Notes: a model not told the origin generated them from the letters alone. Positions 51,809 through 62,549 are shown, numbered from the stretch's first letter. The stretch: 64,000 nt of DNA from Lysobacter sp. (GCA_036676625.1 JAKFCN010000045.1:137-64136); one strand, 5' to 3'. A program made the numbers and translations.

Positions 51809-54261
51809 CACTGACCCTCCGGAACCGGCGCTGGCGCTGGCGCTGGCGCGGGCGCCGGTGGCGGCGGTGATTCCCGCTTGGCCGGATCGTCGCGGTCGCC
51901 CCAGCCGAACCAGCTGCGCCAGCCGCCCTCCTGCTCTTCCTGCTGCTGGTAGTACGGATCGGGGTTGGCGTAGACGCAGGGCTGGTACGCGGGCGCGAAG
52001 CCGGCGACGAAAGCGAAACGGCGCGCGTCCGGGCAACCGGCGTCGGTGCTGTGCGAACCCTGCACCCATTGCCAGTCCAGGCCCTTGTCCGAAACCTGCA
52101 ACGGAGCGCTCGGCAGCCGCGCGAAGATCGAGGACCACACCCGCATCGCACCGGTGGCGCCGTACAGGCCGGTCGGCTGGTTCTGGTCGTTGCCGACCCA
52201 GATCACGGCGAGGTGGTCGCCGGTCCAGCCGGCGAACCAGCTGTCGCGACTGTCGTTGCTGGTGCCGGTCTTGCCGGCGGCGTTGAGCCGGCCGAGGCCG
52301 TCGGCGACCAGTTGCCGGCCAGTGCCGGCGGAGACTGCCTGCTGCAGCGCGATCGTCACCAGCCGCGCGGCGATCGCGTCGCCTTCCTGCGCCGGTGCCG
52401 GCGCCTTGTCGTAGCGGTTGACGACCTTGCCGTCGCGGTCGACCACGCCGCGCACCGCATGCAGCGGCTGGACTTCGCCGTCGGAAGCCAGGAACTGGTA
52501 CAGCTGGGCCATCGCGTATGGACTCTCGTCCATCGCACCCAGGATCAGCGACGGGTTGGGCACCGCCTGGACACCGGACAGCGTGCGCACCAGGTCGGCG
52601 ATGCGTTCCGGGCCGACCTGCATGCCGACGCGCACCGTGGCCTGGTTCCAGGAATGCGCGAGTGCATCGATCATCCGTACCGTGCCGTGGCTGCGGCCAT
52701 CGGAATTTCCGGGACTCCAGCGCTTGCCGGTATCGAGGGTGACGGTGACCGGACTGTCGTCGACGAAACTCGACAGCGACCACTTGCCCGGCTGCGCCAG
52801 CGCCAGCAGGTAGACGAACGGCTTGATGATCGAGCCGACCGGACGCTGCGCCTCGACCGCGCGGTTGAACCCGTGGCGGGTGACATCGCGGCCACCGACC
52901 ACCGCGCGCACCTCGCCTTCGTGCACGTCGGTGATCACCAGCCCGGCCTGCAGCGGCGGGCGCTTCTTCGAGTCGAGCGACTTCAGCGTCCTGGTCACCG
53001 CGCCCTCGGCATAGGCCTGTGCGGACGGCGACATGCCGGTCATCACCGCGAGCCCGGCGCCCTGCAGCGCGTCCTCGGGATAGTCGCGCGCGAGCTGCCG
53101 GCGCACCAGGTCGACATAGGCCGGGAAGCGGTTGGCCGAAGTGCTGCCGGGGGCGCTGGTGATGCCCAGCGGCGCAGCCTTGGCGCGCGCCAGCTCGTCG
53201 TCGGTGATCAGGCCGGTTTCATGGAATTTCGCCAGCGCGAAGTCGCGGCGCGCGCGCGCGCGATCCGGATGCTTGCGCGGGTCGTACCAGGAGGGGCCGT
53301 TGATGATCCCCACCAGCAGCGCGACCTGCGCGGTGCTGAGGTCGCGCAGGTCGCGGCCGAACCAGTACTCGGCGCCGGCCGCGACCCCGCGGATCTCCTG
53401 CGAGCCGCGCTGGCCCAGGTAGACCTGGTTCAGGTAGGTCTCGAGGATGGTGCTCTTGTCGTAGCGCGCCTCGAGCAGCAGCGCATAGATGATCTCGTTG
53501 AACTTGCGGCTAAGCTTGCGCTCGTTGCCGATCCCGAGCAGGCCGCTGCGCGCGAGCTGCTGGGTCAGGGTGCTGGCGCCCTGCACGGTCTCGCCGCCCG
53601 AGCTCACGGTGACGAACAGCGCCCGCAACATGCCGCTGAGGTCGATGCCGTGGTGGTGGGCGAAGTCGCGGTCCTCGACCGCCTGCAGTCCGGTCACCAG
53701 CAGTTCCGGCACGTCCTTCAGCTCGACCAGGCGGCGCTCTTCCTGCTTCTGGCCGTAAAGCGTGGCGATCCGCGCGGGGTCGAGCCTGGCGGCGCGGATC
53801 GACTGCCTGCGTGCCATGTCGCGCAGGCTGGCGACCCGGCCACCGGACAATCCGACCTCGATCCGGCTCGGGCCGATGGTGCCGGTCACGTCCTGGAAGC
53901 CGCGGCTGGCGATGCGCCAGCGGCCGCCGTCGTGGCTGTAGGTGCCGGGGCGCACGCCGGCGCCGTCGTCCTGGTAGGACGCGGCGGCGAGTTCGGTCTT
54001 GAGCGTGGCCGCATCCATCGCCAGCCCCGGCGCGAGCTGCAGGGGCCGCGCATAGACCCGGGTGGGCAGTTGCCAGCGCAGCTCGCCGAAGCGCTCGCTG
54101 ACCTGGTGGTTCAGGTACAGGGTGTAGGGAATCATGAAGCCCAGGCCGAGGCCGATCGCGGCCAGGCCCCAGGTCAGCAGGCGGCGGCGCCAGTCGCGAC
54201 CGCTGCCGGCATCCCCGTCGTCATGATCGTAGCTGTCGTCGTCGTTTTCGATGCGCGGCAT
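51808..54261 (-). CDS. mrcB: Penicillin-binding protein 1B
   Basis: EDRDF..HHG and GASTLTQQ GT51 motifs; SIIK, SWN and KTG transpeptidase motifs; UB2H-like segment. Confidence 0.94.
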   Translation of the reverse strand: MPRIENDDDSYDHDDGDAGSGRDWRRRLLTWGLAAIGLGLGFMIPYTLYLNHQVSERFGELRWQLPTRVYARPLQLAPGLAMDAATLKTELAAASYQDDGAGVRPGTYSHDGGRWRIASRGFQDVTGTIGPSRIEVGLSGGRVASLRDMARRQSIRAARLDPARIATLYGQKQEERRLVELKDVPELLVTGLQAVEDRDFAHHHGIDLSGMLRALFVTVSSGGETVQGASTLTQQLARSGLLGIGNERKLSRKFNEIIYALLLEARYDKSTILETYLNQVYLGQRGSQEIRGVAAGAEYWFGRDLRDLSTAQVALLVGIINGPSWYDPRKHPDRARARRDFALAKFHETGLITDDELARAKAAPLGITSAPGSTSANRFPAYVDLVRRQLARDYPEDALQGAGLAVMTGMSPSAQAYAEGAVTRTLKSLDSKKRPPLQAGLVITDVHEGEVRAVVGGRDVTRHGFNRAVEAQRPVGSIIKPFVYLLALAQPGKWSLSSFVDDSPVTVTLDTGKRWSPGNSDGRSHGTVRMIDALAHSWNQATVRVGMQVGPERIADLVRTLSGVQAVPNPSLILGAMDESPYAMAQLYQFLASDGEVQPLHAVRGVVDRDGKVVNRYDKAPAPAQEGDAIAARLVTIALQQAVSAGTGRQLVADGLGRLNAAGKTGTSNDSRDSWFAGWTGDHLAVIWVGNDQNQPTGLYGATGAMRVWSSIFARLPSAPLQVSDKGLDWQWVQGSHSTDAGCPDARRFAFVAGFAPAYQPCVYANPDPYYQQQEEQEGGWRSWFGWGDRDDPAKRESPPPPAPAPAPAPAPVPEGQ

Positions 54262-54394
54262 GGATGGCTTCCGGCCCGCACGCCGGGCGCGCGGATGCGA
54301 CAATGGCCCGGCATGCCGGGAATGCGTCGAGTCTAGCGCAGCCGGTTGCGCCGTCCCTTGCACTGTCCCTTCCAGTCAGCCGGAGTTACGCGGT

Positions 54395-56479
54395 TTGTTG
54401 GCAGAAGTCCGGTTCCTGATCGAACGCGCGCTCGGCCTCGCGCGCCGCGGCGCGGCCAGCCTGCGCAGCCGCGGCTGGCGCGCGAGCCTGGACCGGCTGC
54501 AGTTGCAGCTGCGGCCCGCCGTGGCACCGGCCACCACTCCCTATCGCCCGGCGGACGCCCCATTTGCGCCGTTCACGGTGCCTGCGGCGCCGGCGCCGCA
54601 GGCCAGCATCGTCATCCCCGTGTATGGGCAAATGGCGCACACCCTGGCCTGCCTGCGCGCGCTGGCCGCGCATCCACCGCGGGTGCCGATCGAGATCATC
54701 GTCGTGGACGACGGTTCGCCGGATGCCACCGCGGCCACGCTGCCGCAGGTGGCGGGGCTGCGCTACCACCGGCGCGCCGCCAACGGTGGCTTCATCGCGG
54801 CCTGCAACGACGGTGCCGCACTCGCGCGCGGGGAATACCTGGTGTTCCTCAACAACGACACCGTGCCGCAGCCCGGCTGGCTCGACGCGCTGCTGGCGAC
54901 GTTCGAGGCGGAACCTGGCACCGGGCTGGTCGGCGCGCAGCTGCTGTACCCCGACGGCCGCCTGCAGGAAGCCGGCGGCATCGTGTTCAGCGACGGCAGG
55001 GGATGGAACTACGGGCGCTTCGAGTCGACGCGGGATCCCCGCTACTCCTACCTGCGCGATGCCGACTACCTGAGTGGCGCCGCGATCGCGATTCCGCGCG
55101 CGCTGTTCTTCACGGTCGGCGGCTTCGACGCGCGCTACGCCCCGGCCTATTACGAGGACACCGACCTCGCCTTTGCCGTACGAGCAGCCGGACGCCGCGT
55201 GCTGTATCAGCCAGCAGCCCAGGTGGTCCACGACGAAGGCGCCACCTCCGGCACCGACACCGGCAGCGGCGCCAAGGCCGCGCAGGCCCGCAACCGCACG
55301 CGATTCGCAGCCCACCGCCACCACGAACTGGCATCGCAACCTTCACCAGGCACACGCCTTTCGCCAGCGTTGCTGCATCGCGGGCAGTGCCAGGTGCTGG
55401 TGGTGGATGCGCTGACGCCCCAACCTGATCACGATTCGGGCTCGCTGCGGCTGTTCAACCTGATGCGGCTGCTGCGCGAGGAAGGCGCGCACGTGGTGTT
55501 CCTGCCCGCCAACCGGGAGCATGCCGGAGCCGCCACCGAGGCGCTGCAGCAACTCGGCGTGGAGGCCTGGTATGCGCCGTTCGCGCGGCGCGCGCCGGCG
55601 TGGCTGCGCGAGCATGGCCCGCGCTTCCACAGCGTGCTCGCCTGCCGCCATTATGTCGCGCGCGAGTTCCTGCCGCTGTTGCGGACGAAGGCGCCGCAGG
55701 CGCGGGTGGTGTTCGATACCGTGGACCTGCACTACCTGCGCGAACAGCGCAAGGCCGAGCTCGCCGGCGACCCGCAGCTGTTGCGCGCGGCCGCGCGCAC
55801 CCGTTCGCTCGAACTGGACGTGGTCGCGCGCAGCGATGCCACCCTGGTCGTGAGCGAGGTGGAGCGCGCATTGCTGGCGCGCGACGCACCGGGCGCACAG
55901 GTGGAAGTGCTGTCCAACCTGCACCAGGTGGCCGGGCCGGGACAACCGTTCGGCCAGCGCCGCGACCTGGTGTTCGTCGGCGGCTTCAGGCATCCACCCA
56001 ACGTCGATGCGGTGCGCTGGTTCGCCGGCGAGGTTTTCCCGCGGGTGCGCGAGGCCCTCCCCGACATCCGCTTCCACTGCATCGGTGCACATGCGCCGGC
56101 GGAGATCCTGGCGCTGGGTTCGCAGCCCGGCGTGGTGGTGCACGGGCATGTACCCGACATCGCGCCGTTCATGGACGGCTGCCGGATCGCGCTGGCGCCG
56201 CTGCGCTACGGCGCCGGCGTCAAGGGCAAGGTCAACCTGAGCATGGCCCACGGCCAGCCGGTGGTGGCGACCCGCTGTGCGGTGGAGGGCATGCACCTGG
56301 AGGACGGCGAGGACGTGCTGGTTGCCGACGGCGCCGAAGGATTCGCGCAGGCGATCCTGCGCCTGTACCGGGACGAAGCGTTGTGGCAGCGCCTCGCGGC
56401 GGGCGGACTCGCGAACGTGGCGCGGCATTTCTCGCTCGATGCCGCACGCGATACCGTGCGCAGGGTCCTGCTGGGATAA
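54395..56479 (+). CDS. Two-domain glycosyltransferase (GT2 plus GT4-like)
   Basis: SIVIP, VVDDGS, LNND and YYED (GT-A); FVGGFRHPPN and GAGVKGK (GT-B); TTG start uncertain. Confidence 0.88.
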   Translation: MLAEVRFLIERALGLARRGAASLRSRGWRASLDRLQLQLRPAVAPATTPYRPADAPFAPFTVPAAPAPQASIVIPVYGQMAHTLACLRALAAHPPRVPIEIIVVDDGSPDATAATLPQVAGLRYHRRAANGGFIAACNDGAALARGEYLVFLNNDTVPQPGWLDALLATFEAEPGTGLVGAQLLYPDGRLQEAGGIVFSDGRGWNYGRFESTRDPRYSYLRDADYLSGAAIAIPRALFFTVGGFDARYAPAYYEDTDLAFAVRAAGRRVLYQPAAQVVHDEGATSGTDTGSGAKAAQARNRTRFAAHRHHELASQPSPGTRLSPALLHRGQCQVLVVDALTPQPDHDSGSLRLFNLMRLLREEGAHVVFLPANREHAGAATEALQQLGVEAWYAPFARRAPAWLREHGPRFHSVLACRHYVAREFLPLLRTKAPQARVVFDTVDLHYLREQRKAELAGDPQLLRAAARTRSLELDVVARSDATLVVSEVERALLARDAPGAQVEVLSNLHQVAGPGQPFGQRRDLVFVGGFRHPPNVDAVRWFAGEVFPRVREALPDIRFHCIGAHAPAEILALGSQPGVVVHGHVPDIAPFMDGCRIALAPLRYGAGVKGKVNLSMAHGQPVVATRCAVEGMHLEDGEDVLVADGAEGFAQAILRLYRDEALWQRLAAGGLANVARHFSLDAARDTVRRVLLG

Positions 56480-56488
56480 CGCGAACGG

Positions 56489-58693
56489 CTACGCGCGTCG
56501 TGCGCGTTCGATGCCGGGCACGCCCTCGAGCTTGCCGAGCAGCCGCGACAGCTGCCCGTAATCGGCTACCCGCAGGCGCAAGCGCAGGCGCACCAGCCCG
56601 CCGCGGGCCGATTCGCTTCCGCTCCGATTGCTGTGGATGTCGAGCACATGCACATCCTCCTGCGCGATCAGGTTGGTGAGGTCCTTCAGCAACCACTTGC
56701 GGTCGAGCGCATCCACCAGCAAGTCGACCTCATGGCTGCCGCCCCGGGCTCCGTCCCATTCCACCGGCAGCACGCGGTCGAGCTGGGTCGAGGACAGCCG
56801 CAGGAAGGTTGCGCAGCCGGCGCGATGCACGCTCACGCCGCGGCCACGGGTGAGGTAGCCGGCGATCGGCTCGCCGGGCAACGGCTGGCAACACTTCGCG
56901 ATCTGCACCAGCAGGTTGCCGACGCCTACCACGGTGACCGGCGAGGCCTTGCCGGAGCGCGGCCGCCGTGGCTGCGGGATGCGCGGCATCGTGTCTGCGG
57001 ACGGTGCTTCGTTGCGACCGCGCTCATGCTCCGACAGCGCCCGCACCACCTGGTGCGGGCCGACGTCGCCCAGCGCGACCAGCACCTGCAGGTCCTCGGC
57101 GCTGTCGGCACTGAAGCGGCGCAGCGCCGGCGCCAGTTCCGCATGCTGCAAGCCGGCGCGCCTGAGTTCCTTCTCCAGCAGTTCGCGCCCGGCCTGCACG
57201 TTGCGCGCGCGATCGAGACGGTGGAACCAGCTGCGCACCTTCTCGCGCGAGCGCGGGCTGGCGAGGAACCCGTTGGCGGCGACCAGCCAGTCGCGGCGCG
57301 GCTCGCCGGTCTTCGCGGTCAGGATCTCGACCCGGTCGCCACTGGCCAGCCGGTGGTCCAGCGGCACGATGCGGCCGTCGACCTTGGCGCCGCGGCAGCG
57401 ATGCCCGACTTCGGTGTGCACGTGGTAGGCGAAGTCCAGCGGGGTCGCGCCGAGCGGCAGGTCCACCACCTCGCCCTTGGGCGTCAACACGTAGATCCGG
57501 TCCTCGACCAGCTCGCTGTCGAGTTCGTCGAGCAGGCCGGCATCGCCTTCGGCGCGCACGTCGAGCAGCCGCCGCATCCATCCGATCTTGCGGTCGAGCG
57601 CGGCATCGCCGGCGGCCGAACGGCCGGGGCCGCCCGACCCGCTCCTGTCCTCCTTGTAGCGCCAGTGCGCGGCAACGCCCAGCTCCGCCTGCGCGTGCAT
57701 CTCGAAGGTGCGTATCTGTACCTCCAGGGTCTTGCCGCCGGGCCCGGCCACGGCGGTGTGCAGCGAGCGGTAATCGTTGCGCTTTGGGCGGGCGATGTAG
57801 TCGTCGAACTCGCTGGGCAGCGGCGCCCACAGTGCGTGCACCACGCCGAGCGCGGCGTAGCAGGCGGCGACGTCGTCGACCATCACCCGTACCGCGCGCA
57901 GGTCGTAGAGCTCGCCGATCGGTATGTCCTTCTTCTGCATCTTCTTCCAGATGCTGAAAATATGCTTGGGGCGGCCGGAGACCTCGGCGTGCAGGCCGTG
58001 CGCCGCCAGCGCCTCGCCGATGTCGCGTTTGACTTCTTCGATGAAGCGTTCGCGATCGCCGCGCTTCTCGTCCAGCAGGCGCGCGATGCGGCGATAGGTG
58101 TCCGGCTCGAGGTGGCGGAACGCGAGATCCTCGAGTTCCCATTTCAGCTGCCAGATGCCGAGGCGGTTGGCGAGCGGCGCGTGGATGTCGCGGGTCAGCT
58201 GCGCCAGCGCGCGGCGTGCGGGTTCCGGCAATGCATCCGCGGCGCGCAGCCGCGCCAGCTGTCGCGACAGCAGGATCGGCACCACCCGCAGATCGCGCAC
58301 GATCGCCAGCAGCAGGCGGCGCAGGCCCTCGCTGCCCGCGCCCTGTGCGTGGCGCTCGGCATGCAGCGCCCAGACCTGGGCCGCCGCGCGCTGGCCCTCG
58401 AGCAGGACGAGCACGGTCGGATGCTTGCGCGACAGTTCGGGTTGCACCGCCTCCGCCAGCGCGGGCGCGACGTGCAGGATCGCGGCGGCGAGCACGTCGC
58501 CCCCGGATTCGAGCAGGGCGAGCGAGGCCAGGGTGTCGGCCAGCACCGGTTCGGGATCGCGCAAGGCGAACGTGCCAGCGGCAATGGCATCGTGCAGCAG
58601 CTTGCGCAGCGACGAAGGGATCGCGGCGCAGGAAGGGTCGTCCAGCAGGGCCGGGGACAACGAAAGCGGATTGTCGGGCCCGGGGGAAGGCAC
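56489..58693 (-). CDS. relA: (p)ppGpp synthetase RelA
   Basis: APLANRLG, RPKH, EFDDY, YRSLHT, TGS (TPLDFAY), CC and ACT domains; degenerate HD domain. Confidence 0.92.
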   Translation of the reverse strand: MPSPGPDNPLSLSPALLDDPSCAAIPSSLRKLLHDAIAAGTFALRDPEPVLADTLASLALLESGGDVLAAAILHVAPALAEAVQPELSRKHPTVLVLLEGQRAAAQVWALHAERHAQGAGSEGLRRLLLAIVRDLRVVPILLSRQLARLRAADALPEPARRALAQLTRDIHAPLANRLGIWQLKWELEDLAFRHLEPDTYRRIARLLDEKRGDRERFIEEVKRDIGEALAAHGLHAEVSGRPKHIFSIWKKMQKKDIPIGELYDLRAVRVMVDDVAACYAALGVVHALWAPLPSEFDDYIARPKRNDYRSLHTAVAGPGGKTLEVQIRTFEMHAQAELGVAAHWRYKEDRSGSGGPGRSAAGDAALDRKIGWMRRLLDVRAEGDAGLLDELDSELVEDRIYVLTPKGEVVDLPLGATPLDFAYHVHTEVGHRCRGAKVDGRIVPLDHRLASGDRVEILTAKTGEPRRDWLVAANGFLASPRSREKVRSWFHRLDRARNVQAGRELLEKELRRAGLQHAELAPALRRFSADSAEDLQVLVALGDVGPHQVVRALSEHERGRNEAPSADTMPRIPQPRRPRSGKASPVTVVGVGNLLVQIAKCCQPLPGEPIAGYLTRGRGVSVHRAGCATFLRLSSTQLDRVLPVEWDGARGGSHEVDLLVDALDRKWLLKDLTNLIAQEDVHVLDIHSNRSGSESARGGLVRLRLRLRVADYGQLSRLLGKLEGVPGIERARRA

Positions 58694-58736
58694 GGCAGGT
58701 CACGGTGTGGGGGCGTGCACCCACCTTAGCATTCGC

Positions 58737-61700
58737 CTATCCCAGGCGGGCGAGCCTGACGGCGAGCTTCTTGGCCGAGATCCCGCCGCGGGTGCCCAGT
58801 TCCTGCGCGAACAGCGAGACCCGCAACTCTTCCAGCTCCCAGCGCAGCGCCTGCCATTCCGGGTCCGCGGCCCGGCCTTCGCGATCGGCCGCGGCGAGCG
58901 CGCCGGCGAAGGGTTTGAGTTCGAGCATCCGCGCCTGGTCGCGGGTCGGATCGCGCAATGCGCGCTCGGCGCGCAGGGCCAGGGCACGCAGGTAGCGCGG
59001 ATATTCCGCGAGCGCCACTGCCGGCACCTCGCGCAGGAAACCCGGCGGCACCAGCGCCGCCAGCTGCGCCTGCATGTCGTCGAGGTTGCCGCTGGCCCAG
59101 CCGATCAATGTCGAGTCGAGCTTGCCGCGCACCTCGGCCACCAGCGCCAGGATCGTCTCGGCCTGTTGCAGGCGCGCCATCGCCTCGGGGAACAGGGCCC
59201 TGGCGACGGCATCGCGGCGCGTGGCGAATGCACCGGGGTCGCGGATATCGCCCAGGCCATCGGCCGAAAGTGCCGCGAACGCGCCGTCGACGAGGTCGGT
59301 GCGCAGACGGTCTCCATGGTTTCCGCGCGGTGCGGCCGACTCGATCGCTGCATACAGCAGCGCGGTCTTGGGCTGCGCCGGCAGCTGCTTGCGCGCCTGT
59401 TTCATGCGGTCGGCAAGCGCGAGCGCCAGCAGCCTGCGCACACCGCGCGGGTGCGCGCGCTCGGCGGCGGCGCGCCCGGCATGCACCGCCAGCGATGCGC
59501 TGTCGCCGTCGTCGTGCAAGGCGGGATACGCGGGAACGCCACCGGCACCGGGAACCTCCGCGGGGATGGGCGCGTCCGGGAACGTGGTGAGTCCGCTGCG
59601 CGCCATGCCCTGGGCCGCGTGGCGCGCAAAGGCGGCGGCCGCGCGCGCGCCAAAGCGTTCACGCAACTCCGCCAGGTCGCGCGACTCGGCCAGCACGTTG
59701 TGGCCATCGCTGCGCTTGTCCGGCATGTCGAGCAGGCGCAGGTTGGCGCGGAGGTGCGGTTCGATCGCGGCCGGATCGAATGCGGTCGCCGACAGCGCCA
59801 CCCCGGTGGTGCGTTGCAGGAAGCGCGCCAGTTCGCCCTCGATGCTGTCGGCCGAGGGCTGCGGCCAGGCTTCGGCGAAGGCACGGGCGAAGTCCGGTGC
59901 CGGCACGAAGTTGCGGCGCAGGGCCTTCGGCAGCGAGCGGATCAGCGCCGCGGCCTTGTCGGCGGCGAAGCCGGGCGCCAGCCACGACAGCCGCGCCGGG
60001 TCCAGCGCATTGAGCAGGTGCAGCGGCACCGCCACGGTCATGCCGTCGTCGGCCGCACCCGGCTCGAAGCGATAGCGCAGCGCCAGCCGTGCATCGCCCA
60101 GTGCCAGGTATCGCGGGAAGAGCGAGGCATCGCTCTCGTCGCCGACCAGCAGGTCGTCGCGCGACCATTCGAGCGCCTGCCTCTTCTCCGCGGGCAGCTT
60201 CGCGTACCAGGCGTCGAGCGCCTGCACGTTGTGCACGTCCGACGGCAGGCGGTCGAGGTACCAGCGCGCCTGCCAGTCCTCGTCGACCACCAGGCCGGCG
60301 CGGCGCTGCTTGGCTTCTTCCTCGTGCGCCTTGCCCAGCACGGCGAGGTTGCGCTCGAGGAAGACGCTGCGGGTGTCGATCTCGCCGGTCAACAGCGCAT
60401 CGCGCACGAAGATCTGCCGCGACTCTTCCGGGAACAGCGCGCCATAGTGGATCGGCTTCTTCGGCGCCAGCACCAGCCCGAACAGGCTCACCTGTTCGCT
60501 GCCGATCACCCTGCCCTGTGCGCGCGACCAGCGCGGGTCGAAGCGGCGCCGGGCGAGCAGGTGCGGCAGCTCGGCCATCACCCACTCCGGCTCGATCGCG
60601 GCATTGGTGAGCGCCCACACCTTCTCGGTGTCGAGCAGGGTCGCCGACAGGGCCCATGGTGGTGGCTTCTTCGCCAGGGCGGAACCGGGAAACAGCTGGA
60701 ACTTGCGCCCACGTGGACCGTCGTACTGCGCCGGGGCCTTTTTCGCCTTGTCGCCGGGCTGGCGGTTGCCAATTTGCGTCGGCAACCCCGCGATCAGCGC
60801 CCGATGCAGCGCCACATACGCGCGTTGCAGCGTCTTCGCGTTCTCCTGTTCCCCGTTCCCCGTTCCCCGTTCCCGCTCTTCCCGCTTTTCCCCGATCTCC
60901 CAGCCCAGCTCCAACGCCACCAACCGCAACTGCCGATGCAGTTCGCGCCACTCGCGCAGGCGCAGGAAGCCGAGGAAATGCTTCGCCGCCCACTTGCGCA
61001 GCTGCGATTGGGTGAGTTCCTCGTGCGCGGCGTCGCAGGCCTGCCACAACTTGAGGATGCCTGCGAACTCCGAGCGCGGATCGGCGAACTGCGCGTGTGC
61101 GCTGTCGGCGGCAGCGCGCTGGTCGGCCGGACGCTCGCGCGGATCCTGGACGCCGAGGAAGCTGGCGATCGCGAGCATGTCGCGCAGGCAACCGTGGGCA
61201 TTCGCCGCCACCAGCATGCGCGACAGCTTGACGTCGATCGGCATGCGCGCCATGACGCGGCCGGTGGCGGTGAGCTTGCGGCGGCCGTGCCCGGTATCGG
61301 CGTCGATCGCACCCAGCTCTGCCAGCGTCTGCCAGCCGTCGGCGACCGCGCGCGGCTCCGGCGGTTCGAGGAAGGGGAAGTCCTCGATCGCGCCGAGGCC
61401 GAGCGAGAGCATGCACAGGATCACGCCCGCCAGCGCGGCGCGCCGGATCTCGGGATCGGTGTAGCGCGGCCGCGATTCGAAATCGGCCTCGGAATACAGG
61501 CGGAAGCAGGTACCCGGCGCGATCCGCCCGCAGCGGCCCTTGCGCTGGTCCGCGCTGGCCTGGCTGACCGGCTCGATGTGCAGCCGGTCGAGCTTCTGCC
61601 GCGGACTGTAGCGCTTGACCCGCGCGTAACCGGGATCGACCACGTAGTGGATGCGCGGCACCGTCAGCGACGTCTCGGCAACGTTGGTGGCGAGCACGAT

Positions 61701-62549
61701 GCGGCGCTGGTTGCCGGGATGGAACACCCGGTCCTGGTCGCGCGCCGACAGCCGCGCATACAGCGGCAGCACCTCGGTGTGGCGGTATTTGCGCTGCTCC
61801 AGCGCCTGGTGCGCGTCGCGGATCTCGCGCTCGCCCGGCAGGAACACCAGGGTGTCGCCGGTCGGCCGGTCCTTCGCGATCTCGTCGCAAGCCGCGAGGA
61901 TACCGTCGAGGACGCTGCGCTCGCCGGAATCGTCGCCCTCGCCTTCCAGCGGGCGGTAGCGCACGTCGACCGGATGGCCGCGGCCCTCGACCTCGACCAC
62001 CGGCGCGCCGCCGAAATGTTCGGCGAAGCGCGCTGTGTCGATGGTCGCCGAGGTCACGATGATCTTCAGGTCCGGCCGCCGCGGCAACAGCTGCTTGAGG
62101 TACCCGAGCAGGAAATCGATGTTGAGGCTGCGCTCGTGCGCCTCGTCGATGATGAGCGTGTCGTAACGCGAGAGCCGGCGGTCGGACTGGATCTCGGCCA
62201 GCAGGATGCCGTCGGTCATGAACTTGACCGCGGTCTGCGCACCGACGTTGTCGTTGAAGCGGACCTGGAAGCCGACCGCACCGCCCAGCGGAACCTGCAG
62301 TTCCTCGGCCACCCGGCGCGCCACCGCGCGCGCCGCGATCCGGCGCGGCTGGGTGCAGCCGATCATGCCTTTCGCCCCGCGCCCGGCCGCCAGGCACAGG
62401 CGCGGCAGCTGGGTGGTCTTGCCCGACCCGGTTTCGCCGGCAACCACCACCACCTGGTGCCTGCGGATCAGCTCGACGATCTCGTCCGCGGCCGCAGCGA
62501 TCGGCAACTGCGGGTCGATCGGCAGGCGTGGGTCGATGGGGGAATTCAT
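58737..62549 (-). CDS. hrpA: ATP-dependent RNA helicase HrpA
   Basis: GETGSGKT, DEAH, SAT and QRKGRCGR motifs; C-terminal EELRVSLFAQELGT. Confidence 0.95.
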   Translation of the reverse strand: MNSPIDPRLPIDPQLPIAAAADEIVELIRRHQVVVVAGETGSGKTTQLPRLCLAAGRGAKGMIGCTQPRRIAARAVARRVAEELQVPLGGAVGFQVRFNDNVGAQTAVKFMTDGILLAEIQSDRRLSRYDTLIIDEAHERSLNIDFLLGYLKQLLPRRPDLKIIVTSATIDTARFAEHFGGAPVVEVEGRGHPVDVRYRPLEGEGDDSGERSVLDGILAACDEIAKDRPTGDTLVFLPGEREIRDAHQALEQRKYRHTEVLPLYARLSARDQDRVFHPGNQRRIVLATNVAETSLTVPRIHYVVDPGYARVKRYSPRQKLDRLHIEPVSQASADQRKGRCGRIAPGTCFRLYSEADFESRPRYTDPEIRRAALAGVILCMLSLGLGAIEDFPFLEPPEPRAVADGWQTLAELGAIDADTGHGRRKLTATGRVMARMPIDVKLSRMLVAANAHGCLRDMLAIASFLGVQDPRERPADQRAAADSAHAQFADPRSEFAGILKLWQACDAAHEELTQSQLRKWAAKHFLGFLRLREWRELHRQLRLVALELGWEIGEKREERERGTGNGEQENAKTLQRAYVALHRALIAGLPTQIGNRQPGDKAKKAPAQYDGPRGRKFQLFPGSALAKKPPPWALSATLLDTEKVWALTNAAIEPEWVMAELPHLLARRRFDPRWSRAQGRVIGSEQVSLFGLVLAPKKPIHYGALFPEESRQIFVRDALLTGEIDTRSVFLERNLAVLGKAHEEEAKQRRAGLVVDEDWQARWYLDRLPSDVHNVQALDAWYAKLPAEKRQALEWSRDDLLVGDESDASLFPRYLALGDARLALRYRFEPGAADDGMTVAVPLHLLNALDPARLSWLAPGFAADKAAALIRSLPKALRRNFVPAPDFARAFAEAWPQPSADSIEGELARFLQRTTGVALSATAFDPAAIEPHLRANLRLLDMPDKRSDGHNVLAESRDLAELRERFGARAAAAFARHAAQGMARSGLTTFPDAPIPAEVPGAGGVPAYPALHDDGDSASLAVHAGRAAAERAHPRGVRRLLALALADRMKQARKQLPAQPKTALLYAAIESAAPRGNHGDRLRTDLVDGAFAALSADGLGDIRDPGAFATRRDAVARALFPEAMARLQQAETILALVAEVRGKLDSTLIGWASGNLDDMQAQLAALVPPGFLREVPAVALAEYPRYLRALALRAERALRDPTRDQARMLELKPFAGALAAADREGRAADPEWQALRWELEELRVSLFAQELGTRGGISAKKLAVRLARLG
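60841..60900 (-). repeat. Purine-rich heptamer repeat tract (GGGGAAC-like) inside hrpA
   Basis: ttctcctg-ttccccg-ttccccg-ttccccg-ttcccg on the plus strand; encodes EIGEKREERERGTGNGEQE. Confidence 0.7.

Noticed and set aside
51820-51870. Hexamer repeat (GGCGCT)n at the mrcB 3' end, and a similar Pro-Ala tract at the surA end (about 16160..16215)
   Set aside because: Ordinary Pro-Ala low-complexity tails; no evidence of separate function
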